A stretch of DNA of 64,000 nucleotides from Mizuhopecten yessoensis (lineage: Eukaryota). Of the stretch, positions 40,263 through 53,689 are shown in pieces. Under the pieces are notes generated by a model that had not been told where the DNA came from, did not search any database, and saw only the letters and a program-made list of their open reading frames with translations. The stretch covers positions 1,362,908 through 1,426,907 of the forward strand of contig NW_018407426.1 in assembly GCF_002113885.1 (NCBI RefSeq), read 5' to 3'. The position numbers and the translations under genes were made by a program. Every line of letters begins with the position of its first letter. Position 1 is the first letter of the stretch.

Positions 40263-41080
40263 AAAGATCCACTACACTGACAGATCTGTGTCAGCAATCT
40301 TGTCCAGTAGTCCAATTTTACTGTACAGACTAAAGTGGTGCTCTCTCAAGACAGGTTTACAGTATTAACAGAAGTTGTGAAGTTCTTGACAGATTTTACT
40401 TTACAGAATGAAGGGGCAATCATTCTAACCTTACTGTTTTACCACTGACCAAAAGGATGTTGTCTTTATATGTTCTACTACCATACTACTTGTCTCATAA
40501 TCCCATATACCAGATAATTACAAATCTTAAGAGATCATCATAAGATCTTTCTTCATTAACATTACAATATAGAATCACTCTAACATCAAGAATTACCAGA
40601 ACTTCCTACATTTACTTATATATCATAATGGGTATACATAGTTGTTTTATAATCAGGAGGCTGTTTCTCGACAGGTAATCCCTACAACAATGTTTCAGAT
40701 CATTTGGTTTACTTTATACTCAATACAGGACATAACTTAATGTTGTGTTGTAACAAAACGTTTAAAAACATAATTTAAATGTCACAAGAGAGCAAGTACA
40801 ATATTAATGAAAACATTTCAATATGTGCAACGTATTTTATGAGTCAAACAGTGTTTTTGAAAAAGACAGAAACAACATATACACAGCAACACAATAAATA
40901 AAACTTGTAACAGTAAAATGCAGTCTTTATATCACAGAGAAAATCCAGGAATCGATGTTAATTAAACTCAGGAATATTAATAGGAGAAATTATGTTTAAG
41001 GGTATAAAACCAAATTTTTACACAGTAGGAACACTGGAAACAACAGCACGTGTGATATTTAGTAACAAGTATGACCACAA

Positions 41081-41950
41081 TACCTGTATGGTGTGTATAC
41101 ATGTATGGTGTATATACCTGTATGGTGTGTACACCTGTATGGTGTGTATACCTGTATTGTGTGTATACCTGTATGGTGTGTATACATGTATGGTGTGTAT
41201 ACCTGTATGGTGTGTATACCTGTATGGTGTGTATACATTTATGGTGTGTATACCTGTATTGCGTGTATACCTGTATGGTGTGTATTCATGTATGGTGTGT
41301 ATACCCGTATGGTGTGTATACATGTTTGGTGTGTACACATGTATGGGGTGTACACATGTATGGTGTGTAAACATGTATGGTGTGTACACATGAATGGTGT
41401 GTACACATGTATGGTGTGTAAACATGTATGGTGTGTACACCTGTATGTGTATACCTGTATGGTGGGTATACCTGTATGACTGACATCCCTAGTACGTATA
41501 CATGTATGGTGTGTTTACCTGTATGACTGACATCCCTAGTACGTATACATGTATGGGGTGTACACATGTATGGTGTGTACACCTGTATGTGTATACCTGT
41601 ATGGTGTGTATACATGTATGGTGTGTATACCTGTATGACTGACATCCATAGTATGTATACATGTATGGTAGTATACCTGTATGACCGACATATATATAGT
41701 ATGTATACCTGTATGATAAGTTTACCTGTATGACTGACTTGTATACCTGTATTACTAACATGTATATTAGTATTATTAGTATACTTGTAAGACTAACATG
41801 TATACATGTATGGTGTGTATATCTGTATGACAATTATTATACGATACATGTACTGTATGAAAAGAATACATGTAGATGTGTAATCAGTTTGATTATTCAT
41901 GTATATTGAATAGATACTGTATGATAAGTATACCTGTATGGTATGAATAT
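41081..41950. repeat. 17-bp minisatellite, decaying to the right
   Basis: Unit cctgtatggtgtgtata. Confidence 0.95.
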
Positions 41951-42281
41951 ATACCTGTATGATATGTTAATAGTATATTATATAATATAATATACAATTT
42001 TAAAATAGATTGCCAGGAAAAAAACTTGTACTGGAGATGATATTATATTGGAATTATTTGAATTTCTTACATAGTAATTTGACTGTTATATTGTATGATT
42101 TTTCATTTGTTATGGAGCATTATTCGGGGACGGGAATTTATTTCTGTGACAAGTCATACTCAGATACTTGGTTCTATCACCTGTTAATTATAATGTTTGT
42201 ATTGCCATACATGAAGTGAAGAGATTAAGGACATATTGGACAGTAAGTAAGGTCCTCTCCAACGTTATACACATTGACATG

Positions 42282-42372
42282 TTAATTCATTCACCCCTGG
42301 AGACACGTTTGAACTCTTCCAATTCAAACATTGGAATAGTTCATTATAACATTTCAGGGGTGAATGAGTTGA
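42282..42372 (-). mobile_element. 83-bp MITE family A copy
   Basis: Reverse-complement copy with TTAA/TTGA flanks. Confidence 0.75.
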
Positions 42373-42744
42373 GGTGCAGTACAAAACCCATGTGTGCCTC
42401 AGCATTCCTACCTGTTTACTGGTGGCAGCACCATGCAACTTCCTCTGTAAAAATAGTTTGTCACATGCATGAAATAAAACTGCAAAAACAGCTTATATGA
42501 GTGGAAGTAGAGGATGAATCAGCAGGTAACATTTCAAACTGGTCTGCCTAATCTCCATAGTTAATACCTGAGTTGCCAGCTCATCAGAAAATAATACATT
42601 GTTGATTTGAACTACTTCTCTGCCCGTACTGGCTTGTATTTGTACCCTTAGATACCAAATCTGGGCTGCTGGAATGACAAAACGGGGTCATACAGTCTGG
42701 TTAGAGGTCAATTATAGTCTGGTCATTGATCGGGTGATAGGTCA

Positions 42745-43005
42745 TATGATCAGGTCACCGGTCATACAATCAGGTCATCGGTCTACAATCAGGTCACAGT
42801 CATACAATTGGGACACAGGTCACACAATCAGGTCACAGGTCATACAATCAGGTCACATGTCATTGCAATCAGGTCAAGGGGCATACAATCAGGTCACAGG
42901 TCATAACAATCAGGTCACAGGGCATACAATCAGGACACGGAGCATACAATCAGGACACAGGTCACACAATTAGGTCACAGGTCATTCTATAAGGTCACAG
43001 GTCAT
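42745..43005. repeat. ~20-bp minisatellite
   Basis: Unit caggtcacaggtcatacaat. Confidence 0.9.
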
Positions 43006-43944
43006 TACATGTACCACCCTCAGTGAGTCAGGCAATTTTGTACATAGTGTACTTTGTTGTCCAATTTTTTGCTTCATATCTGTTAAGTGACTTCCTTTCT
43101 ACATACGAATATATCCGCTTATGTCTGTATCAAATAATATCTCCTATGTCTGTAAAAGGTGTAGTAACATTATCCTGTTTATATATGGAGTAACAATATC
43201 ATGTCGTTTTAGTAAAAAATTATGGTATAAAATTGTCATGTTGTCATCACAATGGCAAAACCTAAAAATTAGATTTTTAAGCATCATGTTAGTCCACACA
43301 AGTACATAACTCTTCTTGTATAATTTTCTAACCAAATGCATGAAAAATTAAGGTTAAACCAAAACAAATGGCTATCAAGTATATTTTATAAGTTATTAAT
43401 TTGGGTATACCATGAGAAAGAGGTCAGCCATTCTGATTTATATTTATGTTATCAGGTCAAATCTCCAGCTACAGGTACACATTAGCATTCATGAAGGCCT
43501 GATGTGACCCTTATTAATTAAAATCAATTATAAAACATGCATATATATACATTAATTAGATATATCTGTCCTCTAATGTCTCGATACGTATTGTGGCTTT
43601 GTTACAGGGACATTCTCATACTGTCCAAAGTACTGTACTTTGGACATGTGTGTATCAGCAATAAACCAGTATGTACAAGTAACCAAGTTCTTTGTCATGG
43701 TCTATTAAAGAGATATTTACCTCAGGTACTTTATCTTTAAATATTAGACACGGTTACACTCTATCATTCCAAGACACTATTGTTTTACGATGAATTCAGT
43801 GCTCACAACTTATTGGAATACTTGCTTAAGTACAGATCACATAATATAAGAAATAATCAATGGAAAATCTGAATAAAAACCCCAGTACTGTACTAAAAAA
43901 ATATATACAAATTCACATTAAAGGGAAATAACTCTGTCACACAG

Positions 43945-44683
43945 TTTTTTAGCCTGGTACGTACATCACTTCAGACATAATCTCTGTGGGCTCTGACATC
44001 CAATGAAAATTGATTTTCTATTTCCAAACACCTTCTACCTTATAATTCAGTAAAGCATCTGTCATTCGTCTGTTAACATTTCTTAAAACAGCTTCTTCTA
44101 AAGGACTAAAAGACCTAGGGTCTAGAAGCTGCTACTTCTGAAGAAGTGCTGTAAAGTTTCCTCAGATAAATGACTTTGACTAAACTTTCAAAGTTACATG
44201 GTTCAAATGTGCTCAATAGCGCTGTAGAGCCTTAATGCTGTAGTAGTGTGTTGAAGTTGAAGATCTTGTTGCGGTCAAATTTTTTAAGAAATTTGTCAAT
44301 TTAAGTTACATAAGGTCTAGGTTCGTGATATATAGGCAGTAGCTTTGTGGGGTAAACTACTTTAAACTTTCCTCAATTAATTCACTTTTACCTACTTTGA
44401 AAGTCACCAGGGTCAGAAATGTTAAAAACTTCAAACATTATTATGGAAAAAGTCAGGAGGTCGAGAGCAACGATACATTGGTGTTATAAGGACTGCAGTC
44501 CAGTTTTGCACATCTTTCTTTTTTCTGATATCAACTTTAAGCATCACCATTATGCAAATTACAGGTCAGAAAAAATGTTCAGTGGTTAAGCTTATGTGAT
44601 CTAAGTGTAAAATTATGCTAACATGAACCTTACATATGACGACAGCCCAGGTGAGAACTGCAGGCCCTCTTGGCCTGTTGTTT
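43945..44683 (-). mobile_element. Degenerate pearl/HINE-type element
   Basis: Begins ttttttagcc, contains ctgtcattcgtctgttaacatttc (microsatellite remnant) and degenerate internal core repeats, and ends with caggtgag...aggccctcttggcct-gttgtt, the typical opposite-end palindrome. Confidence 0.55.
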
Positions 44684-45472
44684 CTTCTTTTTGTCTTGTT
44701 TGTACATTTCAATTCTTGGAAATATTAAACTTTTGAAATTTGAAAATATTACATTGATAATTCAGAAACATTTCCGGGTCGTAATTATTGAGCATTATTT
44801 ATGTACCGGCATAATGATTTCAATAAAAGGTGGTCTGGCGTTAATAATTCATGTCTAGCACGTATCATTGTGAAGGAAATCGCTGATCCCTATTACACTT
44901 CACACTGTTTGGACATTATCTTGTATAGGGCCCAATTGGTCTGGTGTTCTTGTTGGATGAATGTCAATATGGAAAATATAGAAGACCTCACATGACATTT
45001 GACTTCATATGACCTTTGACATGTATGAGATAGATATAGTGACCTTTGACCTTTGACCTATTGTATAAAATTTGGTATTATTGTATATGTATATATATGT
45101 AACTGAAATAAGGTCTATTAAGGCAAGCCTGGGCTCTGGAATCAGTATTTTGGCCCTATCAGAATACCTTTCATGATAGATTTTCGGTTTTGTGACAGTG
45201 TGTATAATGATATGTACTCTTCACACACATTTCTGTAGCGAACAAATCTGTCAACACCTTTTCTGTCCCCACCTGTATGGCTTACCTGTTAAATACAGGT
45301 GCCAATATATATTTAACAGGTTATTCTGTATCTTTTACCTTCTACAGTTGTACTGCTATCGTTATTTCAAATTCAATATGAAACATGTTGATGTACATTT
45401 GGAGGCCACCCGAGGGAAATCTGTGTGTACATAAAGAGGCCACCTGTGGGGACATTGCTATTCAAATATAGA

Positions 45473-45608
45473 AGCCACCCCTGGGGAGTCTGTATACATA
45501 TATAGAGGCCTAGGCCACCCTTGGGGAGTCTGTATACATATATAGAGGCCTAGGCCACCCCTGGGGAGTCTGTATACATATATAGAGGCCTAGGCCACCC
45601 TTGGGGAG
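45473..45608. repeat. 40-bp tandem repeat, 3+ copies with degenerate flanking copies
   Basis: Unit ggccacccctggggagtctgtatacatatatagaggccta. Confidence 0.9.
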
Positions 45609-47037
45609 ATCTGCATGTAAATCTATAGAGGCCTTAAAATTTAAGGCCCCCATTGTGTGTGCATGTAAAAGGGGCCACCCTACGGAGATTTAAACATACT
45701 GTACATAAAATAGAGGCCTGCATTATACTGATGAGACCTGTATCTGTGTGAAGAGGGCATCACTATAGACAGGGTGTTATTGTAGACAGTCACTCATTCT
45801 AGATGGGGTGACCTTCACCTTTGCCTGTATTATCATGAATATAACTACAGATTATTTCAAACCTAACTGTAGGGGATGTCGTCACAGCATTAATACCAAG
45901 CATTGTTTGTGAAAATCAATAAGGTTCCACGATTATTATGGTGCATCCTCTTTCATTGATCTTATTAACAAAAATATGCCGAGTCAGCAAATATTGACGT
46001 TTAGTGGTTTTGTTTGGAAATAATGATGATAAACAGCTATGGGCACTGAGAACTTATGACAATGGAGTTATAAACATTCTGTCACACACGTCGGCACATA
46101 TTTATGTCAATGAGATGGTAAAATTGTTGATTTTTTTTCCTATGAAGACTTGCATGATGTTGCCAGAAATGGCATTCTCCTTCAATGAAATCTGTATTTT
46201 TCTTTAAATTGTATAAACATTATATACAATCTTAACAAATCAACGATGACCTAGACCAACACTTTTATTCATCTTCCTTGACCTTTATTCCAGAACTGTT
46301 ACCTTGGCTTTAAAATACATATGCTTTTATAATAAGGTCAGATGATGAGGCTTAACATTTTTGGTAAGTTTTGCATGCTCTTCTTATAATTAAATTAATT
46401 TCAAAAATATGTAAATTGTTTCATAGTAGTTTGATTGATTGAAAACAAAATGGCCACTCTGCAGGGAATACTAGGCTTTTGAAACTACACTTACAAACAC
46501 TTTAACAGTGACTAATTGAGTTAAGATGTCTGCATTATTTAAAAAAAAAAATTTGCCTGCAGTATATAAAGAAGAGAGGAATAGTCCATGGATCAATAAA
46601 TTTGATGAGAGGAATGTGATTTAAGTACCTGACACCTCACATTCCATGATACCTACATACCTACATACCAGTACCTACCAGGTCCCATCTTATCCCTTAT
46701 ACATGTATACGTAGTATGCTTAGTAGTTTGTAAATTCTGAGACGGGCCAAGACTGTCGGAGACAAATTTGGCAACCATTAAAAAATCAATTGAGATGCAG
46801 ACACTCAGTATATACCAAGATACAGTTAAGACAAATAATGAAGATTTTGTTTTACCCCCCACAACGAAGTTAGGGAGAGTATTTTCAAAATATTTATCCG
46901 TAAAAAATCTCTATTTCTAAGAAACCAGCAAAAAGTTACCAATGATAAAATATGTTCTTGAAGAGTAATGGATAACAGAAGCATTAACGTAGTCTGGTAT
47001 AAAAATGAAACCCAAAGGCAGTTTAAATTGACCTTCT

Positions 47038-47128
47038 TTAACTCATTCACCCCTGTAATTTCATAATGAACTATTCCAACCTTTGAATTGGAAGAGTCCA
47101 TATATGTCTTCAGGGGTAAATGAGTAAA
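47038..47128 (+). mobile_element. 83-bp MITE family A copy
   Basis: Same internal sequence, aactattccaacctttgaattggaagag. Confidence 0.75.
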
Positions 47129-48735
47129 GTTTGGCTTCTGGTGTGGTCACTATGGTCACTATAGACAGGTTGTAATCTGAGATTGACTTCAGATTTACTA
47201 CAAGATTTATTATGTACACAGCAGCATGAGGATCAATACCCCTAGCTGACCTTTGCCCTCCGGTACCTGGACATGAAATATTCATGCCACTCTACTATAG
47301 GGACATTAAAAGTGTAGTTTTGTAGTAACAGTCCAGCACTAATTATGTATATATACAGTCAGGTGGTACAGCATATAGTCAGCAAGTCGACTACGTCTGC
47401 TCCGCTGGTATTTAGGATCCCGGTACCACTGCCAAATTCATCGGAAACTTTTATTCTGTTATTAGTATAGCTTTTATAAATCATTTCTGGAAAGGAAATC
47501 TTGTTTTGTGGAAATAATAAAAATGGAGAGAAAAAGCGAAAAAAATCAACAGTGATCTGAGTGAAAAAATGTAATCGACCGGACCAGGTTTGGAACCATG
47601 GATCTGCAATACTGACAAACTAACCTACTGAGCTACCTCACTCACAGGTCAACATTAATTAGGACAATAGGTTTCCAAAACGAAAATAAGGCAAGGTTAA
47701 TAAACGTACGGTAATCTGTCGAGGAATCATCTAGATTTTGCTTGCAGTTGGACTGCAGTGATCCTTCAAACTTGAAATGCTAAAACTTCACGAACTTGCA
47801 GGTTTCAAAATTCTCATCTGTTGCCTGTTTTATAGCAGACTGATATGAAACCCAGTAGTAGCTCATAGTGGAGAATATGTTCGTAAATGACTGGTTTCAT
47901 ACCATTATAAATGTTACATGTAAACTTGCGTTCAGAACAAAGTCATTCACTAAATGGTGAATCAGCCATTTTGTGGGAACAAGGTTGTGTTTTCTATGGT
48001 TACTATTTCAATAAGGCAAATTAACCATTAGGCCTATTAATTAATTTTTACTGCCGATAAACTTTCTGGTTCTGATTATAGCTGATAATTACAGTGGCCC
48101 ACAAGACCATGATTTTAATTTGAATTAACTGAAAATGGAAATTGAAAAGAAAAATAAATAAATAATGGATGTATGTTTTGTGAAACATCGAACCATTTTT
48201 ACATTCCATAGATATTCTTGTTTTTGTGAAACTTGGTCTGGAGTTATAAGATAATCTTGGATTACTAAACCTCCGTGGATCTCACAGATTATCAATAACT
48301 TACATTATTCAGTTACATGATGGTTGATTGCATTTTTTTATGAACTTCCTTGTGGCACTTTAAAGATTAAACAGCTAGAATGACTCTGAGATGCAGGAAT
48401 TATCATGTGTATTGTTTGGACTTGTGGGTAGGATTTACAATGTTTATTACGGTACCGTTGGGACTAGTTATAGGACCGTGTATTCTGTGTAGAGACCTTT
48501 TCGTGTGACAATATTCATGTTTTATGTATGTGTTGGGCTTCAGTGCCCATGTTTACACCTGCTCTGCCGCCTTACCGGCACTGCGGGCATTTATCACCTC
48601 ATATGTTACTTCTATATATGTATATTCTCAAATCAAAAGGAGATCTAAATGATATTTTATTGGTTTAGCAGTGCAACCATTTCAAGTACCTTACCTGCTT
48701 TTAAACTAATTTTGTATTAAATTCATTTACATTTA

Positions 48736-49100
48736 TTATTATTACACACACCCTGCAATTAAGTTGGGAGGGGGGGGCAGGGTATACTGGAGCCAGGTTG
48801 TCTGTCTGTCTTTTTGTCCATTATTGTTCACACTTCTCCTCTCAAATTAATGCACCAATTTCAACTCATTCACCCCAGGAGACATATTTGAACTCTTCCA
48901 ATACAAAGGTTGGAATAGTTCATTATGAAATGTCATGGGTGAATGACTCAGTTAAGGATACTTTGTACACAGAACCTTCCAAATATATGGAACTATGCCC
49001 CCTTTTTAACAAAAATATTTGCACTATACCTGACCTCAAGCACTGCACCAATTTGAGTGATATCCTTGGTTTACATAAGACTGCAATCAAGGGGTTGTGA
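48736..49100. mobile_element. DINE-1/HINE-like element remnant, interrupted by an 83-bp MITE
   Basis: accctgcaattaagttgggag...gggtatac hairpin followed by (gtct)n. A truncated relative, tttacccccc acaacgaagttaggg, sits at about 46851. Confidence 0.45.
48861..48951 (-). mobile_element. 83-bp MITE family A copy
   Basis: Reverse-complement copy with degenerate ends. Confidence 0.7.
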
Positions 49101-49597
49101 ATAAAATATCAAAATAAGAACTGCCTCACCAATAATGGAAAACATCATTATTTTTAATGTTACAGAAAACCTGCTTTTTGTTCCTATTGAGTTATATTAC
49201 TGTATTAATATCTATCTTGTTGTTCTAACTCCATAGAGATCATAAATGGGACCAAAATGATTAGAAACATTAGATGCCATTGTGGTGCTCTGTCTTATTA
49301 GCCTGGTATTATAGAAACATTTTGTGATCACTAGATTCCTTGCCTATTAATTGCCTTAAGTAACAAATACAACGATTCATGTTGATACACATTAAATGGG
49401 TTCCAGCCATCACCACCTGTGGCTAATATCGGATCATTAAATGTAATACTCCATCAATTGATTTTACCTATGAATTAATGTATCTGATTCAGGAGATTCC
49501 TATTAGGCCAAAACAAGTGTATGTGTGTTTCAGGTGACATGACTGAAAAAATAGGGTAGGACAGTAGGGATTTAATTTAATTTTATTATTATATTAT

Positions 49598-49688
49598 TTA
49601 ACCCTTACATCCCTATGTAACTTTAGTAGACTCTACCATGCATTGATCTGGATGTGACCATTATGGTCTACAGTGGTGAAAAGTTTAA
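49598..49688 (+). mobile_element. 83-bp MITE family B copy
   Basis: Diverged copy sharing actctaccatgcat.gatctggat...cattatggtcta with 53690-53780. Confidence 0.7.
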
Positions 49689-49987
49689 GGGAGGGGGCCA
49701 ATTTAAGAAATTACGAAAATCCCCAAAGATTTAGAACATACTGTATTCATTATTCTTTTATTTAGGTCTTGTAAATAATAATATGGTATTTAAATTTGGT
49801 TTTGATACCTACATATGAAATAAAGAGGTGTCATAAAAATGCTTATGAGTTTTTCGGCATTTGAGTGAGATAAAATTGTTTGTGAAAGAGGTAAAAATAA
49901 GGGTCGATCAGGGTAGCTGAAAATATCAAATTTTCTTTTGGCTTTACATATATAAGAGGTCAAGGCTGACAGTTGTGATTGAGTTAT

Positions 49988-50368
49988 TGTCACCCTGGTA
50001 AGTTACTAGCCTCTTCCAACTTACTTAGCTAGGGAGAGTTTATCTTTAGCTAAGTCTATAAAGTGCCAGATGAGTAATCCATAGGTCCCTAGTTCGACTC
50101 CTAGCTGAGGCATTGAAAACATAATGACCTCCGTTACATTGGACACCCATTTCACCCAGTAAAAATTGACAAAATTAGTAAGTAGTATTTTACAAGAATT
50201 ACTGTGACCCCTGGAAGACTCTGGAGAAGCCCTTTCCTGGACGGGAAATATGTTGCTATGGTAAATTACTTGCTGCTTCCAATCAACTATGCTAGGTAGA
50301 ACTTCTCCTAAACTTATTCAAAAGAGAGTATGACTAATAAACAAGAGATCCTAAGTTCAACCCCTAGC
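49988..50368 (+). mobile_element. Degenerate two-LTR TRIM (second family) with a B-box in the LTR
   Basis: LTR1 49988-50138 (tgtc...gttcgactcc...cgttaca), then ttgg and a 112-bp spacer ending ggacgggaaata. A truncated LTR2 from 50251 has a matching head (tggtaa.ttact.gc..cttccaa) and gttcaacccctagc. Confidence 0.5.
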
Positions 50369-51197
50369 AAGGTCAAGGCTGACAGTTGTGATAGAGACAT
50401 GATCTATACGACAGTTGAAGGTTGACAGTTGTAGTTGAGTTATGATCTATAAATGGTCAAGGCTGACAGTTGTGATGGAGACATGATCTGTAAAAAGTCA
50501 AGGCTGAATGTTGTGATAGAGTTATTATCTTTACAAGGTCAAGTCTGACAGTTGTGATGGAGACATAATATATACAAGGTCAAAGCTGACAGTTGTGATG
50601 GAGACATGATCTTTACAAGGTCAAGTCTGACAGTTGTGATGGAGACATAATATATACAAGGTCAAGGTTGAAAGTTGTGATCGAGACATGATCTGTACAA
50701 AGGTCAAGGCTGACAGTTGTGATGGAGTATGATCTGCACAAGGTCAAGGATTACTGTTGTGATGGAAACATTATCTGTACAAGGTCAAGGCTGACAGATA
50801 GAGACATGATCTGTACAAAGGTCAAGGCTGACTTGTTATGGAGACATGATCTGTACAAGGTCAAGTCTGACAGTTGTGATGGAGACATACTCTGTACAAA
50901 GGTCAAGGTTGACAGTTGTGATGGAGACATACTCTGTACAGAGGTCAAGGTTGACAGTTGTAATGGAGACATACTCTGTACAAAGGTCAAGGCTGACAGT
51001 TGTGATGGAGACATTATCTATATAAGGTTAAGTCTGACAGTTGTGATGGAGACATCTATACAAGGTAAAGGCTGACAGTTGTGAAGGAGACATTATCTAT
51101 GCAAGGTCAAGTCTGACAATTGTGATGGAGACATAATGTATACAAGGTCAAGGCTGACAGTTGTGATGGAGACATGATCTATACAAGGTCAAGGCTG
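50368..51197. repeat. 41-42-bp minisatellite
   Basis: Unit aaggtcaaggctgacagttgtgatggagacatgatctgtac. One orphan unit lies at about 49955-49987. Confidence 0.95.
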
Positions 51198-51323
51198 AGG
51201 TAACATGTTAATATTTTGATCTGTATGCTTAGCTGTTGATGGAACATGTCAAAGTCCATTCACTTATATGTGGATGCAGTATTTAGTAACCAAGGTAACA
51301 TAATACTGTAGGAGAAAACTTAC

Positions 51324-52304
51324 ATGTCTCTCATCATCGTCAAGGTAATATCCTAAAGGACTGCTGCTGTTCGGAAGGTCCATGTACATTTTGTACCCGA
51401 TCGGTCGGCCCACCATCGTGTAGGGTGTCATGCTCTTCTTTTGTGTGTACGACCTTGGCTGTGTATACTTTGACCTTAGAGAGTCAAATTTAGATCCAGG
51501 AGGAGACACGTCACGAGAATGGGGTCGATAGCCAGCCCTATAGAGCTGTCCGAATCTGGCGTTGACATCAGTGAAGATGTCACTAACTATAGATGACTGA
51601 CCATCATCATGGAAACCTAGCATCAGCTCGTCTGTGGATGTGCTCTGACGTTTTGTCACGTTCTTAGCAGACGGCAGGTCATGGAAACCTTCCTCATCCA
51701 ATTCATTCTCTTTGAAGTTGACATTTTCATCGTCACTAACACTACCTATGTTTTCATCACTGTCACTGTCTTTATCAATGTATTTATCCTCATCATCAGC
51801 CTCCTTACCAATATTTTCATCACTGTCACTGTCTTTATCATCATCTTTATCCTCATCATCAGCCTCCTTACTTTCACTTTGAGGCTTTGTCTCTATATCA
51901 CTGAGAGCATCTAAGAACTCACCTTGTCCAGAGTGCTCCTGTTCATCGATAACTTCAGGAACAATTTGCTGGGATATTTGATCACCAGTAGTTTCTAATT
52001 TGTCTACCTTTTCTGAGGTCATCATTTCACCTTTGACCTCTTCTTCCATGCCCTCCACATCAATGATGTCCACATCCTGTTTAGGTATGATGTAGTCTAG
52101 TTCCTCCTCAGTGACCGCCACTGCATCCACAAAATCTCGAGAATCTTCCATATCCTCCACTCCGTCCCCCTCACTCCTGTTCTGACTGACCTCTCCCTCT
52201 GGCCCCTGATTTCCAGGGGTGAGGCTGTGTTCCTCATCCCCAGGGGGAAGACCATCCACACTGGACCCATCCAGAGACTCTCCGTTGGTTTTGTTTACAT
52301 CCAT
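51324..52304 (-). CDS. Large acidic, low-complexity first coding exon (327 codons); candidate alternative N-terminus of rootletin
   Basis: Longest ORF in the window. First in-frame ATG is at 52304, after an in-frame TGA at 52359-52361. The sequence is D/E-rich and ends ...PLGYYLDDDERH|gtaagt, a consensus donor in phase 0 that is compatible with the phase-0 acceptor at 13991. Assignment to CROCC is inference. Confidence 0.75.
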
Positions 52305-53689
52305 ACTTTCACTTCCTGTACAATCCACGTGTTGGCTGTTATTGTCAAATACACTGTCTCACCTGTCGGTGATGTCACACCTGGACAAGTGATTGTTCCC
52401 CTGAGGATCCTGATGTGTGGAAGGAGAAGGACCTGACCCCTGACACCGAGGTACCTACGGATGGTGGGGGTTACCTGTCCGTGTTACAGCGGTAACTCAT
52501 AAAACACCTGTTGCTACACCTGAGATTGTTGGTACTGCATACCTGGTCGGGTCCAGAGACTGGGAGGAGGTGGAGCAGGTGGGGATAACTGATGTTGGTT
52601 CCTGGGGAGGGTACTCCGATGGTATCACAGGGGTACAGGGGTGCTCCTGGTCTTGTAATAATATTCTACAGAAGCCTTACTCATGGCTTAATGCCAGCTA
52701 TACCGGCAGTATACAAACACACACTTCCCCGGCATGTCAGGTCGGACCTCCGTTTTTACTAGTCACAATCTATACTGTTCATTGATTTTCTTCCTAGTGC
52801 ATTTACTACATATCCTGGGGAGGGGGCACATTGGGGGAACAGCCACTACTGCATTACTTTCTCTTTATTGACGTGAAGATTTTCAGATATTCGGATTAAT
52901 TTTTATATTGGTGACATCAATAAAATAAGTAATCATTCCATCGGTTTTTAATCGCATAGGTCTTTAGTCGTTAACAATGGGTATTTGTTTTGTCAAAAAA
53001 TGATAAGAATAGGTTAATTTTATGTTTACCTATTTGAATTTGCCAGACTATAGGACATTATACTAACTCCGATATTATATGATTTAACGTAGCCGGTCTA
53101 AGCTCATTTGGGATTTAAATGTCCAAGTGCTTTCACAACACATTACTAAAGTCAATCAGCTAAACTTTAAACCTGGACGAGTTCTAAGGTTTCTCCCAGC
53201 GATAAATTGCCACATTTACCTGTCCGTGCCCATGTTAATTGACGAGTAATACGCACAGGTATTAAAACTGGGGCATTTACGTGAAGATTAACAATACTGT
53301 TTTGTATTTATCCATTACATTAATGCAGAAAAGGAAGTGAAAAAATCATGTTGGTTATGTTCAATAATGATTGTAAAATGTTTAAATAACTGATTTTATT
53401 AATATGTTTATAAAATATAAAGAACTTGTTTTTGAAGGAATTGTTTTATGGACATACTTGTGCAGTTTGTGGTGTTATCTGGAAGATAAAATTCTCAACT
53501 ACTCTTTATAACCTCTAACTGCAACAAGAGTAAGAATAATGCATGGCCAGACATGTAATTCATTTAAAAGTTAAATCTGCTTCTGAGTAAATTCAACCTT
53601 TGTTGTGCCTAAGCAGAGTGTCACGATTACTCGCCATATAGGTAGCGATGTATTTACTTGTGAAAAGGTATTTATGTAGTAAACTACTG

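Noticed and set aside
39585-41833. Cys/Val/Tyr- and His/Thr-rich repetitive ORFs (also 12533-12907, 50719-51075, 54663-56485, 57806-58006)
   Set aside because: These are translations of minisatellites. They are open in several frames and have no splice support.
43608-43725. Candidate PEX2 exon 4 (ttacag|...cag|gtact)
   Set aside because: It has a stop in the required phase-0 frame and no PEX2 similarity.
52330-52790. Upstream coding extension of the acidic ORF
   Set aside because: There is an in-frame TGA at 52359-52361 and stops in all three minus-strand frames. It is more likely 5' UTR.
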